From positions 1-59,487 of IMG/VR virus record IMGVR_UViG_3300036820_000019: DNA of 59,487 nucleotides; one strand, 5' to 3'. Source of the stretch: a virus (taxonomy: Duplodnaviria; Caudoviricetes). Below, one piece after another: positions 25,684-35,053 of the stretch. The notes under the pieces are model-generated. The model was not told the DNA's origin. It saw only the letters and a list, made by a program, of their open reading frames with translations, and searched no databases. The position numbers and the translations under genes were made by a program. The number at the start of each line of letters is the position of its first letter. The stretch's first letter is position 1.

Positions 25684-27087
25684 CTACGTGAGGTCGACGG
25701 CGAGGCTCGGTGATTCGACGTCGACGACGAGCGTCGGTGCCTCGACCTCCTCGGTCAGGAGCGGCGCCTCGAGTTCGACCGCCAACGTCGGCGCGGCGAG
25801 GACGATGGTCACCATGCCTTGCATCTTGCCTCCGAGGTTCACGAGCAGCGTAGGTGCCGCGAGCGCAATCGTCACGATCCCCTGCACGACGACCTGGCTG
25901 GTCGAGACGATCAGCCCTGCCGACGCCACGAGGAACACGGCGCCGGACTTGAGAACCTGGGCCGTAGCCGCTAGCGAACTAGTCGCTACCAGGGAGACGG
26001 CGCCGACCCGAAGAACCGTCGCCGTCACGTCGAGGCTTGTCGACGACGACAACACGACGACACCCGTCGACGTAACTCCGCCCGTAACTTGTAACTCCGA
26101 CGCCGCGGCAAGTGCGGCCGCACTTCGCACGTCGACGACGGCCTCAACCTCAAGTGCAGAGTCAGCCGTCAGGGAGACGTCACCGGTCGGGTGCGCCGTT
26201 GTTGATATCTCGATATCGGAAACCCCGACGAGGTCGACAGCCGCGCGGTTTGTCACCACGGCGGCGATAATCAACGCGGCGAGGGCCGCCAGGTCGACCG
26301 AACCGACGACGCCAGACTCGGCGGTGACGTCAATCGAGGAGACGGCGACCAGGGCAATGCTCGCCTTTTGCGTCACGAATGCGTTGACGGTGAGTGACGA
26401 TTGCGCACTCAACGCCACGTCGCCAGACGGTTGCGTGGTGCCAGCGACCAGGAGCGCCGAGAGGGCCGCCAGAACGACCGCTCCGGCAGGGTGCGCCGTT
26501 GCCGTCACGTCGAGGGCGGAGAGGGCCGCCAGGGTCACGGAGGCTCGCTGGGTGACGGTTGCCGCCACCGAGAGGGAGCTCGTCGCCACGAGGGCTACAG
26601 CCGCCGCCTGGGTCACTTCTGCGGACGCGACGAGAGACGACGTCGACGAGAGAACGATGACGCCCGAAGGATGGGCGGATCCGGTCACCACGAGGGCGGA
26701 GGCGGCCGTCAGCGCCACGGAACCGGCGGGGTGTGCCGTTCCTGCCACCACGAGTGCAGATGACGCCACGAGGGCCACAGAGGCCGAAACGGTCTGTTTC
26801 CCGGCCGCCGTCAGAGAAGACGCCGCGACGAGGGAAACAACGCCGGTCGGATGGGCGATGCCAGCAACAACCACGGCCGACGAGGCGACGAGGTCTACTA
26901 CAGCCTTTTGTGTAGTACTACCGGCGACGGTGAGGCCCGAGGTCGCGCCGAGGGTGACCGATGCTTTCTGGGTGACCTTCCCGGCGACGGTGAGCGACGA
27001 CGAGGCGGTGAGCGCGACCGAGCCGCTAATCGTCTGTGTGGCGCCGGTGGCGAGCATGGCCGTGCCGAGCGCCTGGGAACCGAGCAT
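25684..27087 (-). CDS. Fibre-like protein made of tandem ~20-aa Ala/Val/Ser/Thr repeats
   Basis: About 19 copies of G.V.L.A.S.L.V.G/A...., e.g. GSVALTASSSLTVAGKVTQK. Confidence 0.75.
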   Translation of the reverse strand: MLGSQALGTAMLATGATQTISGSVALTASSSLTVAGKVTQKASVTLGATSGLTVAGSTTQKAVVDLVASSAVVVAGIAHPTGVVSLVAASSLTAAGKQTVSASVALVASSALVVAGTAHPAGSVALTAASALVVTGSAHPSGVIVLSSTSSLVASAEVTQAAAVALVATSSLSVAATVTQRASVTLAALSALDVTATAHPAGAVVLAALSALLVAGTTQPSGDVALSAQSSLTVNAFVTQKASIALVAVSSIDVTAESGVVGSVDLAALAALIIAAVVTNRAAVDLVGVSDIEISTTAHPTGDVSLTADSALEVEAVVDVRSAAALAAASELQVTGGVTSTGVVVLSSSTSLDVTATVLRVGAVSLVATSSLAATAQVLKSGAVFLVASAGLIVSTSQVVVQGIVTIALAAPTLLVNLGGKMQGMVTIVLAAPTLAVELEAPLLTEEVEAPTLVVDVESPSLAVDLT

Positions 27088-27408
27088 TTAGCCCTCCGGC
27101 GGTCGGCTCTGGTATGCGGCGTGCGACGCGTCGAGTTCGTCCTGGGTCACGCCACGAGGCCCGCGCGAGCCGTCGGGGTGCACATACTCGCCGACGGGGC
27201 CCGGTGCGGGCGGTGCGGCGTGGACGAGGTCGCCGAGGCGCCAATGGTCAGTCGACTGATCGGCGAAGGTGACGACGATCTCGTCTTCCAATTTCTCGAC
27301 CGAGCGGACGAGCATGTGGTAGCCGGTGCGGCCGTAGTGCAGAACGAACCACCCGGCATCGAGGTCGCGGGCTTCGTGCAGGGTCGGGTGATGGGGGTCG
27401 ACTGTCAT
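27088..27408 (-). CDS. Hypothetical protein
   Basis: GGAGG RBS; fills the gap exactly. Confidence 0.65.
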   Translation of the reverse strand: MTVDPHHPTLHEARDLDAGWFVLHYGRTGYHMLVRSVEKLEDEIVVTFADQSTDHWRLGDLVHAAPPAPGPVGEYVHPDGSRGPRGVTQDELDASHAAYQSRPPEG

Positions 27409-27417
27409 GGTTTCCTC

Positions 27418-28029
27418 CTAGGCGCTTCGATACCAAAAATAGACCGACGCCGACGGTTGGATGTTGTTGTGCTCGGTCGACGCGTTAGCCGCGGCGATGG
27501 CGTGCTCGTGAGTAGCGCCCTCGGTCGCCGAGGCGCCGTTCGTGTTGTGATAGTGCGTGGCGGTCTGGCCGCCGGTGTAGGGCTGGGCGCCACCGTAGGG
27601 ACCGCCCGGTGTCTGACCGCCGCCGCCGTTGGTCTCGATGAAGTCATAACCGTCGCTCGTCCCGTGCGCGTGGTCGGCCGACTCGACTCCCGAATTGATA
27701 TTGACGGCGTGCGTGTGCGTCGAGAGTTCGGTCCCGGTGTCGACGCCGGGCGTGCCCGACTCGGTGCTGAGGAGAAGGTGCCGGTACTCACCGAAGATCA
27801 CTCCCGGCGTGACGTTCTCGGTGTTGCTTGCGCTGTCGGTGTATTGGCCGACGCCGATCAGCACCAGCCCTCCACCGAAGGGAATCCAAGTGCCGAACCC
27901 GAATGTGATCGACGGGTTGACGCCGGTCATCTCCGTGTAGATCGTGCCGACGGGATAGGCGAACTGCAAGATCGTCTGGACGATGATGTCCTTGATCCCG
28001 AGGACGATCCCCAGGAACCCACGGTTCAT
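27418..28029 (-). CDS. Tail-collar/short-fibre domain protein
   Basis: YPVGTIY...NPSITFGFGTW...HTH repeats...HNNIQPS..VYFWYRSA. Confidence 0.8.
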   Translation of the reverse strand: MNRGFLGIVLGIKDIIVQTILQFAYPVGTIYTEMTGVNPSITFGFGTWIPFGGGLVLIGVGQYTDSASNTENVTPGVIFGEYRHLLLSTESGTPGVDTGTELSTHTHAVNINSGVESADHAHGTSDGYDFIETNGGGGQTPGGPYGGAQPYTGGQTATHYHNTNGASATEGATHEHAIAAANASTEHNNIQPSASVYFWYRSA

Positions 28030-28437
28030 CTAGTAGTCGGCTCCCGAGGCGGTGACGACGAGCTTGGCGGCGTTCGAGGATTCCGACTGGCTCACGTAGA
28101 GGAACTGCCCCGTCTCGAGTACGAGGTTCGGGTACTGCTTGGAGCTGCGGAAGCCTGCCGTCGTGGCCGAGGCTGTGATGGCCGAGACCGCATAGACGTC
28201 GAAGAGGTAGTAGGTCGACCCGTTGTAGATGAACAGGTACACGAGACCGGCGACCGTCGTGGCGACGAGCGTCGTCGCGATCGCGTTGACGTCGACCTCC
28301 TCGATCTTCGAGCCCGCGGCCGGTGCAGTCCACAGGAGGACCGACTCGGTCGGGACGGCGAGGTCGGTTTCCGTCGAGGCAATCGCCACCGACACGGAAC
28401 GGGGCGAGTTCGCCGCGTAGTTCGCATTTGCCGCCAT
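28030..28437 (-). CDS. Virion structural protein (beta-rich)
   Basis: Coupled ORF; LVLETGQFLYV...VTASGADY ending. Confidence 0.7.
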   Translation of the reverse strand: MAANANYAANSPRSVSVAIASTETDLAVPTESVLLWTAPAAGSKIEEVDVNAIATTLVATTVAGLVYLFIYNGSTYYLFDVYAVSAITASATTAGFRSSKQYPNLVLETGQFLYVSQSESSNAAKLVVTASGADY

Positions 28438-28835
28438 TATCGGACTCCCATGTTGAACGGTTGCAACGCCAGGCCGAGGTTAGTCAGAGCGCCGGCTGTC
28501 TCGGTGATGACCGCCGTCCAGTTCGCCGCGTGCGCCTTCGGCGTGGTGCCGTCGACGCCACGAATGGCGGTCCACGAGGTCGAGGAGTTGCGCAGAATCA
28601 GACAGACCTCGAACCCGGTCGGGTTGAGGACGTCACACGGCACGAGGGAACCGATGTCGATTTCGTCGATGATGCGGAACCGCTGCCAGGTCGTCGTCGC
28701 TGGGAATGGCGAGTCGGCCGAGTGCTCGACGACGGTCCATGCTTCTTGCGTCCCGGAGGCGGGCGCGGTGGTGCCGCCCGCGGTGACCTCTGCGGTGTTG
28801 GCGTTCCCGAGGACGTCGACGTAGTCGAGCGACAC
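28437..28835 (-). CDS. Virion structural protein
   Basis: WTAIRGVDGTTPKAHAA...TAGAL motif of fibre-attachment domains. Confidence 0.7.
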   Translation of the reverse strand: MSLDYVDVLGNANTAEVTAGGTTAPASGTQEAWTVVEHSADSPFPATTTWQRFRIIDEIDIGSLVPCDVLNPTGFEVCLILRNSSTSWTAIRGVDGTTPKAHAANWTAVITETAGALTNLGLALQPFNMGVR

Positions 28836-28838
28836 GGG

Positions 28839-29222
28839 CTAGCTCAGAGTCTTGGAGTACGACCCGGAAGCGATGGTGAAGGTGTCGCCTGAGTTGACGA
28901 CCTTGTTCGCCGTAAGAGCTCCCCACCACCGACGTACCGGCGACCCGGCCGAGTCCCACTCGTCGACGGCCACGACGGTGCACGAGGGCATGGACGTATA
29001 CGTCTGCGTGTCCGACGAGGTGTTGCCCTCGGCGCTCGCTGCGTTGAACGTGATGGTCTGGCGGGCGTAGGAGCCGCCTGAGACCTCCGTGCCTGGCGAC
29101 GTCGACGAGCCGATGACCGTGTCAAGGGCGACCTTGATCGGAGTCGTCGGGTTCGTGTAGGCCGACGTGCCCGAGGAGGCGTCGAGGATCGCGTCGGCCT
29201 CGACCGCTACGAGTGCACCCAT
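28839..29222 (-). CDS. Phage tail-fibre-associated protein
   Basis: GTEVSGGSYARQTITF...GALTANKVVNSGDTFTI family motif. Confidence 0.75.
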   Translation of the reverse strand: MGALVAVEADAILDASSGTSAYTNPTTPIKVALDTVIGSSTSPGTEVSGGSYARQTITFNAASAEGNTSSDTQTYTSMPSCTVVAVDEWDSAGSPVRRWWGALTANKVVNSGDTFTIASGSYSKTLS

Positions 29223-29489
29223 CTAGTCGCCGTCCTTTGCTGCTAGGGCCTTGATCGACGCGGCGGTCGCCTGTTGCACGCCGTTCGATTGGAGCATGGC
29301 CGCGACGGCGATCAGGTTCGTCAGCTGCGCAGCGGTGAGAGTGAGGGTGGTCGTCACCGGAATCGTCACGATGGCGGCCGTGCCGTCGGACATGAGTTCG
29401 ACCGTTATGCCGCCGAGGAGGATCGAAGTCACGACCGTCTTTTGGACGGGCGCCGGAGTGGGGGTCGTGTCGTCGACGTCAATCGTCAC
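29223..29489 (-). CDS. Hypothetical protein
   Basis: Coupled ORF. Confidence 0.55.
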   Translation of the reverse strand: MTIDVDDTTPTPAPVQKTVVTSILLGGITVELMSDGTAAIVTIPVTTTLTLTAAQLTNLIAVAAMLQSNGVQQATAASIKALAAKDGD

Positions 29490-29829
29490 GGACCGACGGT
29501 TCCTCGCCCGGTGCAAGCGTGACAGCGATCCCGTGCCGGTCACGGATCGCGGCCAGGTGCGCCGCGGACTTCGTTTTCATGGCCTCAGTGAAAGCGTCGC
29601 CGATGGTGCCGCCAGTTCCCTGGCCCGAGAGGAACTCGACGTCGGTGGCGCATATCTCGCATCCGTCGAGGGCGCAGCACTGGATGTGCTTCTCGATGGA
29701 GAAGTCGATGTCGGCGCCAGTGACGGGGTGTTTCCCGGAGGCGTAGATGATGTGCTTCGTGTGGCCGTCGGTCACGCCGCACTTGTCGCACGTGTGCGGT
29801 TCGCGGACCTCGGGGACTTGGTCAGTCAC
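29479..29829 (-). CDS. Cys/His-containing hypothetical protein
   Basis: CDKCGVTDGH...HIQCCALDGCEIC; GGAGG RBS. Confidence 0.7.
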   Translation of the reverse strand: MTDQVPEVREPHTCDKCGVTDGHTKHIIYASGKHPVTGADIDFSIEKHIQCCALDGCEICATDVEFLSGQGTGGTIGDAFTEAMKTKSAAHLAAIRDRHGIAVTLAPGEEPSVRDD

Positions 29830-29870
29830 CTACGCCTCCGTTGCTAAGCAGCCAGTTGGTCGCCCGAAGC

Positions 29871-30500
29871 TTAGAGGGCCGGGACGACGATCAGGTGCAA
29901 CGTCGACGAGCCCGCAGACGCGCCAGCAGCGGTGCCGCCCTTCACGCCCGTCTCGGAGACGATGATCGTCAGCGGGTTCGCCGGAGACGTGACCCGGATC
30001 GGCATACCGGCGGTGTCGAGGTTGAGGACGTCCGTGGCGATCTTGTCGAGCCCGGCGTTGTCGGTGATTGCCGAGTCAGCCGTGCCGAGGGAGATGGTGC
30101 CCGACAGAAGCTCCGTGAACACGCCGTCATTGCCGCCGTCGAACGTGCCGATATCGGCCTTCGGCGTGGTGCCGTTCCAAAGCGTGTCGGTCTCGAACCA
30201 CGCGGCGAGGATGAGGTCGCCGTCGTTCGGCTGGTAGCCGGTGACGGGGAGACCTTCGGCCGCCCACTCTGCCGACGTGAGGGAGTTCCACGCGAACGGC
30301 TGTACGTAGTGAGCCGGGATGCCCGCCGGTGACGGGGTGACGATCTCACCGGAGACTACTTCCCAGTAGTCGGCGTTCGGCGGTGAGGTGTCGACCGGGA
30401 CGGCCGCCGTTGCCTCATAGAGGACGCCGTCAACGACGACCTGTTGCCCGATGAAGTAGACGATGCCGCTGTCGTACTGACCCTGAATTGCCATGACCAT
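29871..30500 (-). CDS. Decoration protein with an N-terminal CBM5/12-like carbohydrate-binding module
   Basis: YDSGIVYFIGQQVVVDGVLYEA...PPNADYW. Confidence 0.65.
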   Translation of the reverse strand: MVMAIQGQYDSGIVYFIGQQVVVDGVLYEATAAVPVDTSPPNADYWEVVSGEIVTPSPAGIPAHYVQPFAWNSLTSAEWAAEGLPVTGYQPNDGDLILAAWFETDTLWNGTTPKADIGTFDGGNDGVFTELLSGTISLGTADSAITDNAGLDKIATDVLNLDTAGMPIRVTSPANPLTIIVSETGVKGGTAAGASAGSSTLHLIVVPAL

Positions 30501-30510
30501 TTCCTTTCGG

Positions 30511-31137
30511 TTAGGCCGCGACGGCCTGGTACGTACCCGCGACGATTGTCGCCTCGACCGCGTCGGCTCGGAGCCACCACGTCGGCGGCACGATGATCCG
30601 GTGCACGAGCGTTATGGCGAGAGAGTTCTCGGCGAACGAGGCTTCGAGCGCGCCCTCTGAGCCTGGCGAGGCCGCTGCGAGGGCGATGTTCAAGCTGGCA
30701 GCCGCCGAGTCGGTGGCGGCGTATTCAACCGGCAGGGCGACGACGACCGACTGCCCGGTCTCGTTCTGCCAGGGCGTGCCCGAGACGATGGTCAGGGCGT
30801 GCTCGGTGTAGTCGACGAAGGTGACCGTCGGCTCCGCCGGGTCAGGGTTGACCGTGACGTCGAAGGGCCCGTGCACGTTCCCCGAGGAGTCGGTGATCGT
30901 GTACGTGTAGCCCGCGCCTGGGTCGACGAACACCGGGTCAATGGTGCCATTGGCGTCGGTGACGAGGTCCGGCGTAGTCGTGTCGCCCTTCGTCCGGCTC
31001 GTGTAGTACGTCGGGACGTCAGACGAGGAGTTGAGGAGTTCGACCGTGGCCGCGACGGCAGGCTCGAGGGCGCCTTCGGGCGTGTTGAACGCGAAGGTGC
31101 CTGGCGCCCAAACGCCTGCGAACTCGAAGTCAGCCAT
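30511..31137 (-). CDS. Ig-like structural/decoration protein
   Basis: Start reassigned to MADFEFAG after AAAGGAG; TDANGTI...YTYTI. Confidence 0.7.
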   Translation of the reverse strand: MADFEFAGVWAPGTFAFNTPEGALEPAVAATVELLNSSSDVPTYYTSRTKGDTTTPDLVTDANGTIDPVFVDPGAGYTYTITDSSGNVHGPFDVTVNPDPAEPTVTFVDYTEHALTIVSGTPWQNETGQSVVVALPVEYAATDSAAASLNIALAAASPGSEGALEASFAENSLAITLVHRIIVPPTWWLRADAVEATIVAGTYQAVAA

Positions 31138-31147
31138 GGTTGCTCCT

Positions 31148-31858
31148 TTATGCTGCGGTCGAGAGGTAGCCCGGCCCAAGGGTAGCGGGCAAGGCTGTCG
31201 AGGCGATCCATTCCCAGACGCGGGTGGAGTCGAGCGCAGTGCCCTCCTCGGTCTCGGTCGTGGTCCAATCCTCGAAGGGACCGGTGCCGAAGTTCGGGTT
31301 CTCGAATGCGTAGCCCGCATACATGAACTCGTTCGGGTTGTTCTCGTGAGCGAGGTCGGTCCGGTGCCAGCCGCGGGTGTACGGCATGAGCCAGCGGTAC
31401 CACTGATAGGTGCCCGTCTGGACGATGCCAACAGGAGCCTTCGACCAGACCTCAAGCGAGACCGGGTTCGAGTTGACGTTCGACGCCAGGAGTGGCGCCT
31501 CATAACCGAGAATCGGGATGACCTCGTCGACGACGTCGCCGAGGAGGAGTGCGCCGTTCTCGATGAGCTCCATGAGCGTCGCGTCCGGATACTGCACCGA
31601 GAGCGACAACTCGACCCACTTGATCTTGTCGTCGTCGCGATAGTCGATGTAGATGCCACCGTCGGCCGACCGCTGAACGAACTCGTTCGCCGACTCCATG
31701 GCGGACTTGACTTCGACCTTCGTGAACGCGTAGTTCGCGTACGCGCCCGTGACCGCGAGGACCGGCGTGCCGTCAGTCCCGAGGCGGCAGATGCGGATGG
31801 CGTCCGCCTGAATAGACGGGTTGTTGATGACGTCGGCGGTGGCATTCGAGGTAGTCAC
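31148..31858 (-). CDS. Major tail protein
   Basis: IRICRL...EFVQRSADG...VSLEVWS...RWLMPY...FGTGPF motifs. Confidence 0.8.
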   Translation of the reverse strand: MTTSNATADVINNPSIQADAIRICRLGTDGTPVLAVTGAYANYAFTKVEVKSAMESANEFVQRSADGGIYIDYRDDDKIKWVELSLSVQYPDATLMELIENGALLLGDVVDEVIPILGYEAPLLASNVNSNPVSLEVWSKAPVGIVQTGTYQWYRWLMPYTRGWHRTDLAHENNPNEFMYAGYAFENPNFGTGPFEDWTTTETEEGTALDSTRVWEWIASTALPATLGPGYLSTAA

Positions 31859-31867
31859 GTCAACTCC

Positions 31868-32893
31868 TTAGATCGTGGTCGTGTCGACGAGGACCGCTGC
31901 GCGCAGCCAGCCGTTCGAGAAGATGGCCCACGGACGGGTGGCCCGCCAGGGGATGTCGTTGTAAACCGGGATCGCGGGCGACATGTCCTCGTATCCCTCC
32001 GGCTCGATGATGACCGGTGCTTGCAACAGGTCGACCATGTCGGTCGCGTACGCCCACTGCTCGGTCGACCACTGCGTCGGCTGGCTGTCGGGGTCGTCCG
32101 CATAAAAGTTGGACGGGCCCGTGCCGTCGTACCCGTAGCCGGGCACCACGAGGTTGCCGTTCGGGGTCCAGATCCGAGTCGAGGAGCCAGGAGTGGCGCC
32201 GTCGTACCGGAACGGGATTCCGCCTCGAGTCGCCCAGGCATTGAACACGTACGGCGTGCAGTGAATGATGCCCTGCCCGGCGTCCGAGTTCGCCAACGAC
32301 TGTTCGAGGAGACCGAGCGAGTTCGCGAGACCGGTCGCCGTGTCACCGGCGACGTCGGCTTGCGCCGAGATCGGGCAGAACGCGTTCGCCTGCGCCAGGT
32401 GTGGATTGTCCGGGTTGAGAGCACCGGTCCACCACTCGTTCTCGACCCGCCAGGCTTCGTGTGCGAGGAGGCCCCGGAGGACCCGGTCACGAGCATCGCT
32501 CGCCTTCCACCCGAGTGTCGATCGGTCGTCGAGCATGACCGCCTCGAACACCGAGACGACGGTCGGGCCGTCGCAGTTGACCTCGTTCGCCATGGGTGCC
32601 GCCTGGCACCACGCATAGCCGGCTGCCGGTCCAGCGAGTTCCCGGAGGAACTGAAACCCGTTCACCCAGCGCGACAGGTCAGGGCCCTGTAGGACCGTCG
32701 ATGGCGTGTCTGGGTCGTCGCCGACGAAGGGCGCCCGGTCGGCCGTGGTGAACAGCGCGCCGGAGGCCTTGCACGTCGAGACGAGAGAAAGGGGTGACGG
32801 CCTCGGCTGGGGAGCTGGGACGACGTCCGCCGGACCCGGAAAGGTCGTGACGGGCGTTGACTCCCAGCCGAGAACGCGCTCGATAACGGACAT
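31868..32893 (-). CDS. Second capsid protein (putative pentamer protein)
   Basis: Directly after the major capsid gene; RWVNG, VENEWWTG, LGLLEQ, IWTPNGNLVVPGYGYDG, WAYAT. Confidence 0.7.
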   Translation of the reverse strand: MSVIERVLGWESTPVTTFPGPADVVPAPQPRPSPLSLVSTCKASGALFTTADRAPFVGDDPDTPSTVLQGPDLSRWVNGFQFLRELAGPAAGYAWCQAAPMANEVNCDGPTVVSVFEAVMLDDRSTLGWKASDARDRVLRGLLAHEAWRVENEWWTGALNPDNPHLAQANAFCPISAQADVAGDTATGLANSLGLLEQSLANSDAGQGIIHCTPYVFNAWATRGGIPFRYDGATPGSSTRIWTPNGNLVVPGYGYDGTGPSNFYADDPDSQPTQWSTEQWAYATDMVDLLQAPVIIEPEGYEDMSPAIPVYNDIPWRATRPWAIFSNGWLRAAVLVDTTTI

Positions 32894-32911
32894 GTGGGAG
32901 GTTCAGCCCTC

Positions 32912-34789
32912 TTACTGGTCGTCCGAAACGCAGTCTTGCGTGGCGATGGCGTACGACGCGGCGAGCCCGCCGTCCGGGCACGTGGTCATCGTCATGGCAA
33001 GGGCCGCTCCGGGAGGGCCGATGTAGACGACGTTCTCGAACGACTCACCGAAGTTCCTGAACTTGTTGAGCGCGGTCAAGGTCGAGTCCCGGATGATTCC
33101 GAGGTCGAGGATGCCAGCGTCAAGGTGCAGGAAGTGACCCTCGAAAAAGATGTACGCCGCGATGGTGGCGGGGAAGCTCGGAAGCTGCTCGCCACTCGTC
33201 GCCATGACGAACGTCTGGTCGGCACCCGAGGCGGTGTCGATGTAGTACGACGCAACGACGCCGTATTCAGCGAACCACGAGTCGATCTGCGCGTCAGCCA
33301 CGGAGAAGAAATCGAGCGAACCGGCGAAGGTGTACCCGAGGTCGACTCGCATGGCGTCACGGACCCACGCCGGGAGAAGCACACGAACGGTGAGCTTCGG
33401 GTCGGTGCGGTTCGTGTTGCGCAGGTAGGCCGCAGCACGACCCAACTGAGCGACGACCTGGCGGGCCGTGCCGAACGTCTTGGCGTCGGTCACCGGCAGG
33501 CAGAAGTTGGCGATGTTCGTGAGGAGCAGCTCCTCGGCCGCCTGGGCCCATGCCGCGTTCACGAGTCGCACAAACGCCTCGACCTGCTCAGGGAAGGTAC
33601 GCGAAGTCACGTTGGCGAACTGCAAGCAGCGCCAGATGATCTCGATGTCCACTTCGGCGATGTCGTTGCACGGCACGTCGAGGCAAAGCTTCGTTCCGCC
33701 GTTGGCGTCCTCGGCGACCGTCTCGGTTCCTACGGCGTTGCCGAGGAAGTACGGGTTCGGGTCTGGCGACTCGGCGATCAGCGACGCGAGGTTGGGCGGT
33801 GGCACCCAGCGCAGGCCTCCACGCTCAGCACCGAACGTCGGGAGTGCGGCCGCAACCGGGCGCAGGTCCTCGGCGATGACGAGCTGCGTGTAGAACGGCG
33901 CAACCGGCGCACACAGACCACCGGAGGCGGCGATGGCGTCGGGGTCGGTGACGTGCTCGACCTGGCGGAGCAAGTTGCCCTTGCCCTTCGTGACCAGACG
34001 GTCCTCCGGGTAGTGCGACTCGACACGCACGACCGGCACGCGGTCGCCCAGCCGAGACATCGGCGAGGCGGCACCGTCGTAGCGGTTGTCGTAGTCGGCT
34101 TGCAGGGAGAGGTTCATCGAGTTCGCACGGGCGTCGAACGCCTTCACGACGTCATCGAACCCGACGAGCTGTTGCCCGGCAGGCATACCGGGGATGTCCG
34201 AGGAGGCGGTGAGCGTGGTCGCTGGGACCTCGACGCCCTCACGGGTGATCATCGGCGCGGCCTCACGAGGGCGGTATTCGACGAGGGAGATCCGCGACGG
34301 GTCGTTGACCTCCATCGCCTGCCCTCCGGCAGTGACGGCTACCGCACGAGCCTCGACGAGGCCGGTGGCGATTGCGCGCCCCAGGCCCTCGACGTCGAAC
34401 GGCGTCGCCTCGACGATCTGTAGTGCGGCCGGGATCGGGTTGCCGTCGGCGTCAAGCTCGGGCTCGACAACGGCGGCCTCGGTGGCGGGTGCGACGGCGG
34501 TCGCAAGAGCGGTGTCGAGGTCGGCGAGTTGCGCCGCGAAGTCAGGCGAGGCCCGGCGGGCGAGTTCGGCCCGAACGGTGGTCACGTGGCCGACGACGGC
34601 TTGCAGCTCCGTTACGACCTCGGCGGTCGGCGTCGCCGACTCGGCGCGCACTTCGGCGAAGTAGGCAACGAGCCCCGACTCCAACGCGGCCAGGTCCTCG
34701 GGGGACATGGCGGCCAGGTCGGCGGGCACCGGCGGCAGTTCGCGGAACTGGTACCGGAGCGGGTTTACGCGGAACGAGGGGTGATTCAT
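32912..34789 (-). CDS. Major capsid (hexamer) protein with an N-terminal scaffold-like region
   Basis: ASGGLCAP...LPTFGAERGGLRW...KLCLDVPC...FPEQV...LDLGIIRDSTL...N. Confidence 0.9.
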   Translation of the reverse strand: MNHPSFRVNPLRYQFRELPPVPADLAAMSPEDLAALESGLVAYFAEVRAESATPTAEVVTELQAVVGHVTTVRAELARRASPDFAAQLADLDTALATAVAPATEAAVVEPELDADGNPIPAALQIVEATPFDVEGLGRAIATGLVEARAVAVTAGGQAMEVNDPSRISLVEYRPREAAPMITREGVEVPATTLTASSDIPGMPAGQQLVGFDDVVKAFDARANSMNLSLQADYDNRYDGAASPMSRLGDRVPVVRVESHYPEDRLVTKGKGNLLRQVEHVTDPDAIAASGGLCAPVAPFYTQLVIAEDLRPVAAALPTFGAERGGLRWVPPPNLASLIAESPDPNPYFLGNAVGTETVAEDANGGTKLCLDVPCNDIAEVDIEIIWRCLQFANVTSRTFPEQVEAFVRLVNAAWAQAAEELLLTNIANFCLPVTDAKTFGTARQVVAQLGRAAAYLRNTNRTDPKLTVRVLLPAWVRDAMRVDLGYTFAGSLDFFSVADAQIDSWFAEYGVVASYYIDTASGADQTFVMATSGEQLPSFPATIAAYIFFEGHFLHLDAGILDLGIIRDSTLTALNKFRNFGESFENVVYIGPPGAALAMTMTTCPDGGLAASYAIATQDCVSDDQ

Positions 34790-34887
34790 TGATCTTGCCT
34801 CCGAGCACGGTTAGCAGGAGTTGGCTAGAACGCGACCCGCTGTGCAGGTGCAAGACCGCCGGACTGTGTCCGGCTCGACAGATGGAG

Positions 34888-34916
34888 ACTGTAGGTGGAA
34901 CGTTGAGGGTTCGCAA
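34888..34916 (-). promoter_or_regulatory. Putative capsid-operon promoter
   Basis: TTGCGA-N17-TACAGT, followed by a GCCGGAC/GTCCGGC leader hairpin and GGAGG RBS. Confidence 0.6.
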
Positions 34917-35050
34917 GCATCCTCACAACGACCGCATCGACCTTGCTCGTCCAAACACCGATCGCAACGGTTTGCCCGGCTCGAGGTCGACAGTCGCGGG
35001 CGAAGGTACGGGCGTTAATTCCCGCCAGTGGGTCGCCGCGAGGATGCTTG
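34914..35050 (-). ncRNA. Candidate structured RNA, 137 nt
   Basis: 20-bp closing stem with 3 G-U pairs, plus nested stems. Confidence 0.6.
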
Positions 35051-35053
35051 AGA

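Noticed and set aside
25688-27091. 467-aa plus-strand ORF mirroring the repeat protein
   Set aside because: Antisense shadow of repetitive GC-rich codons; no RBS, and opposite to the operon
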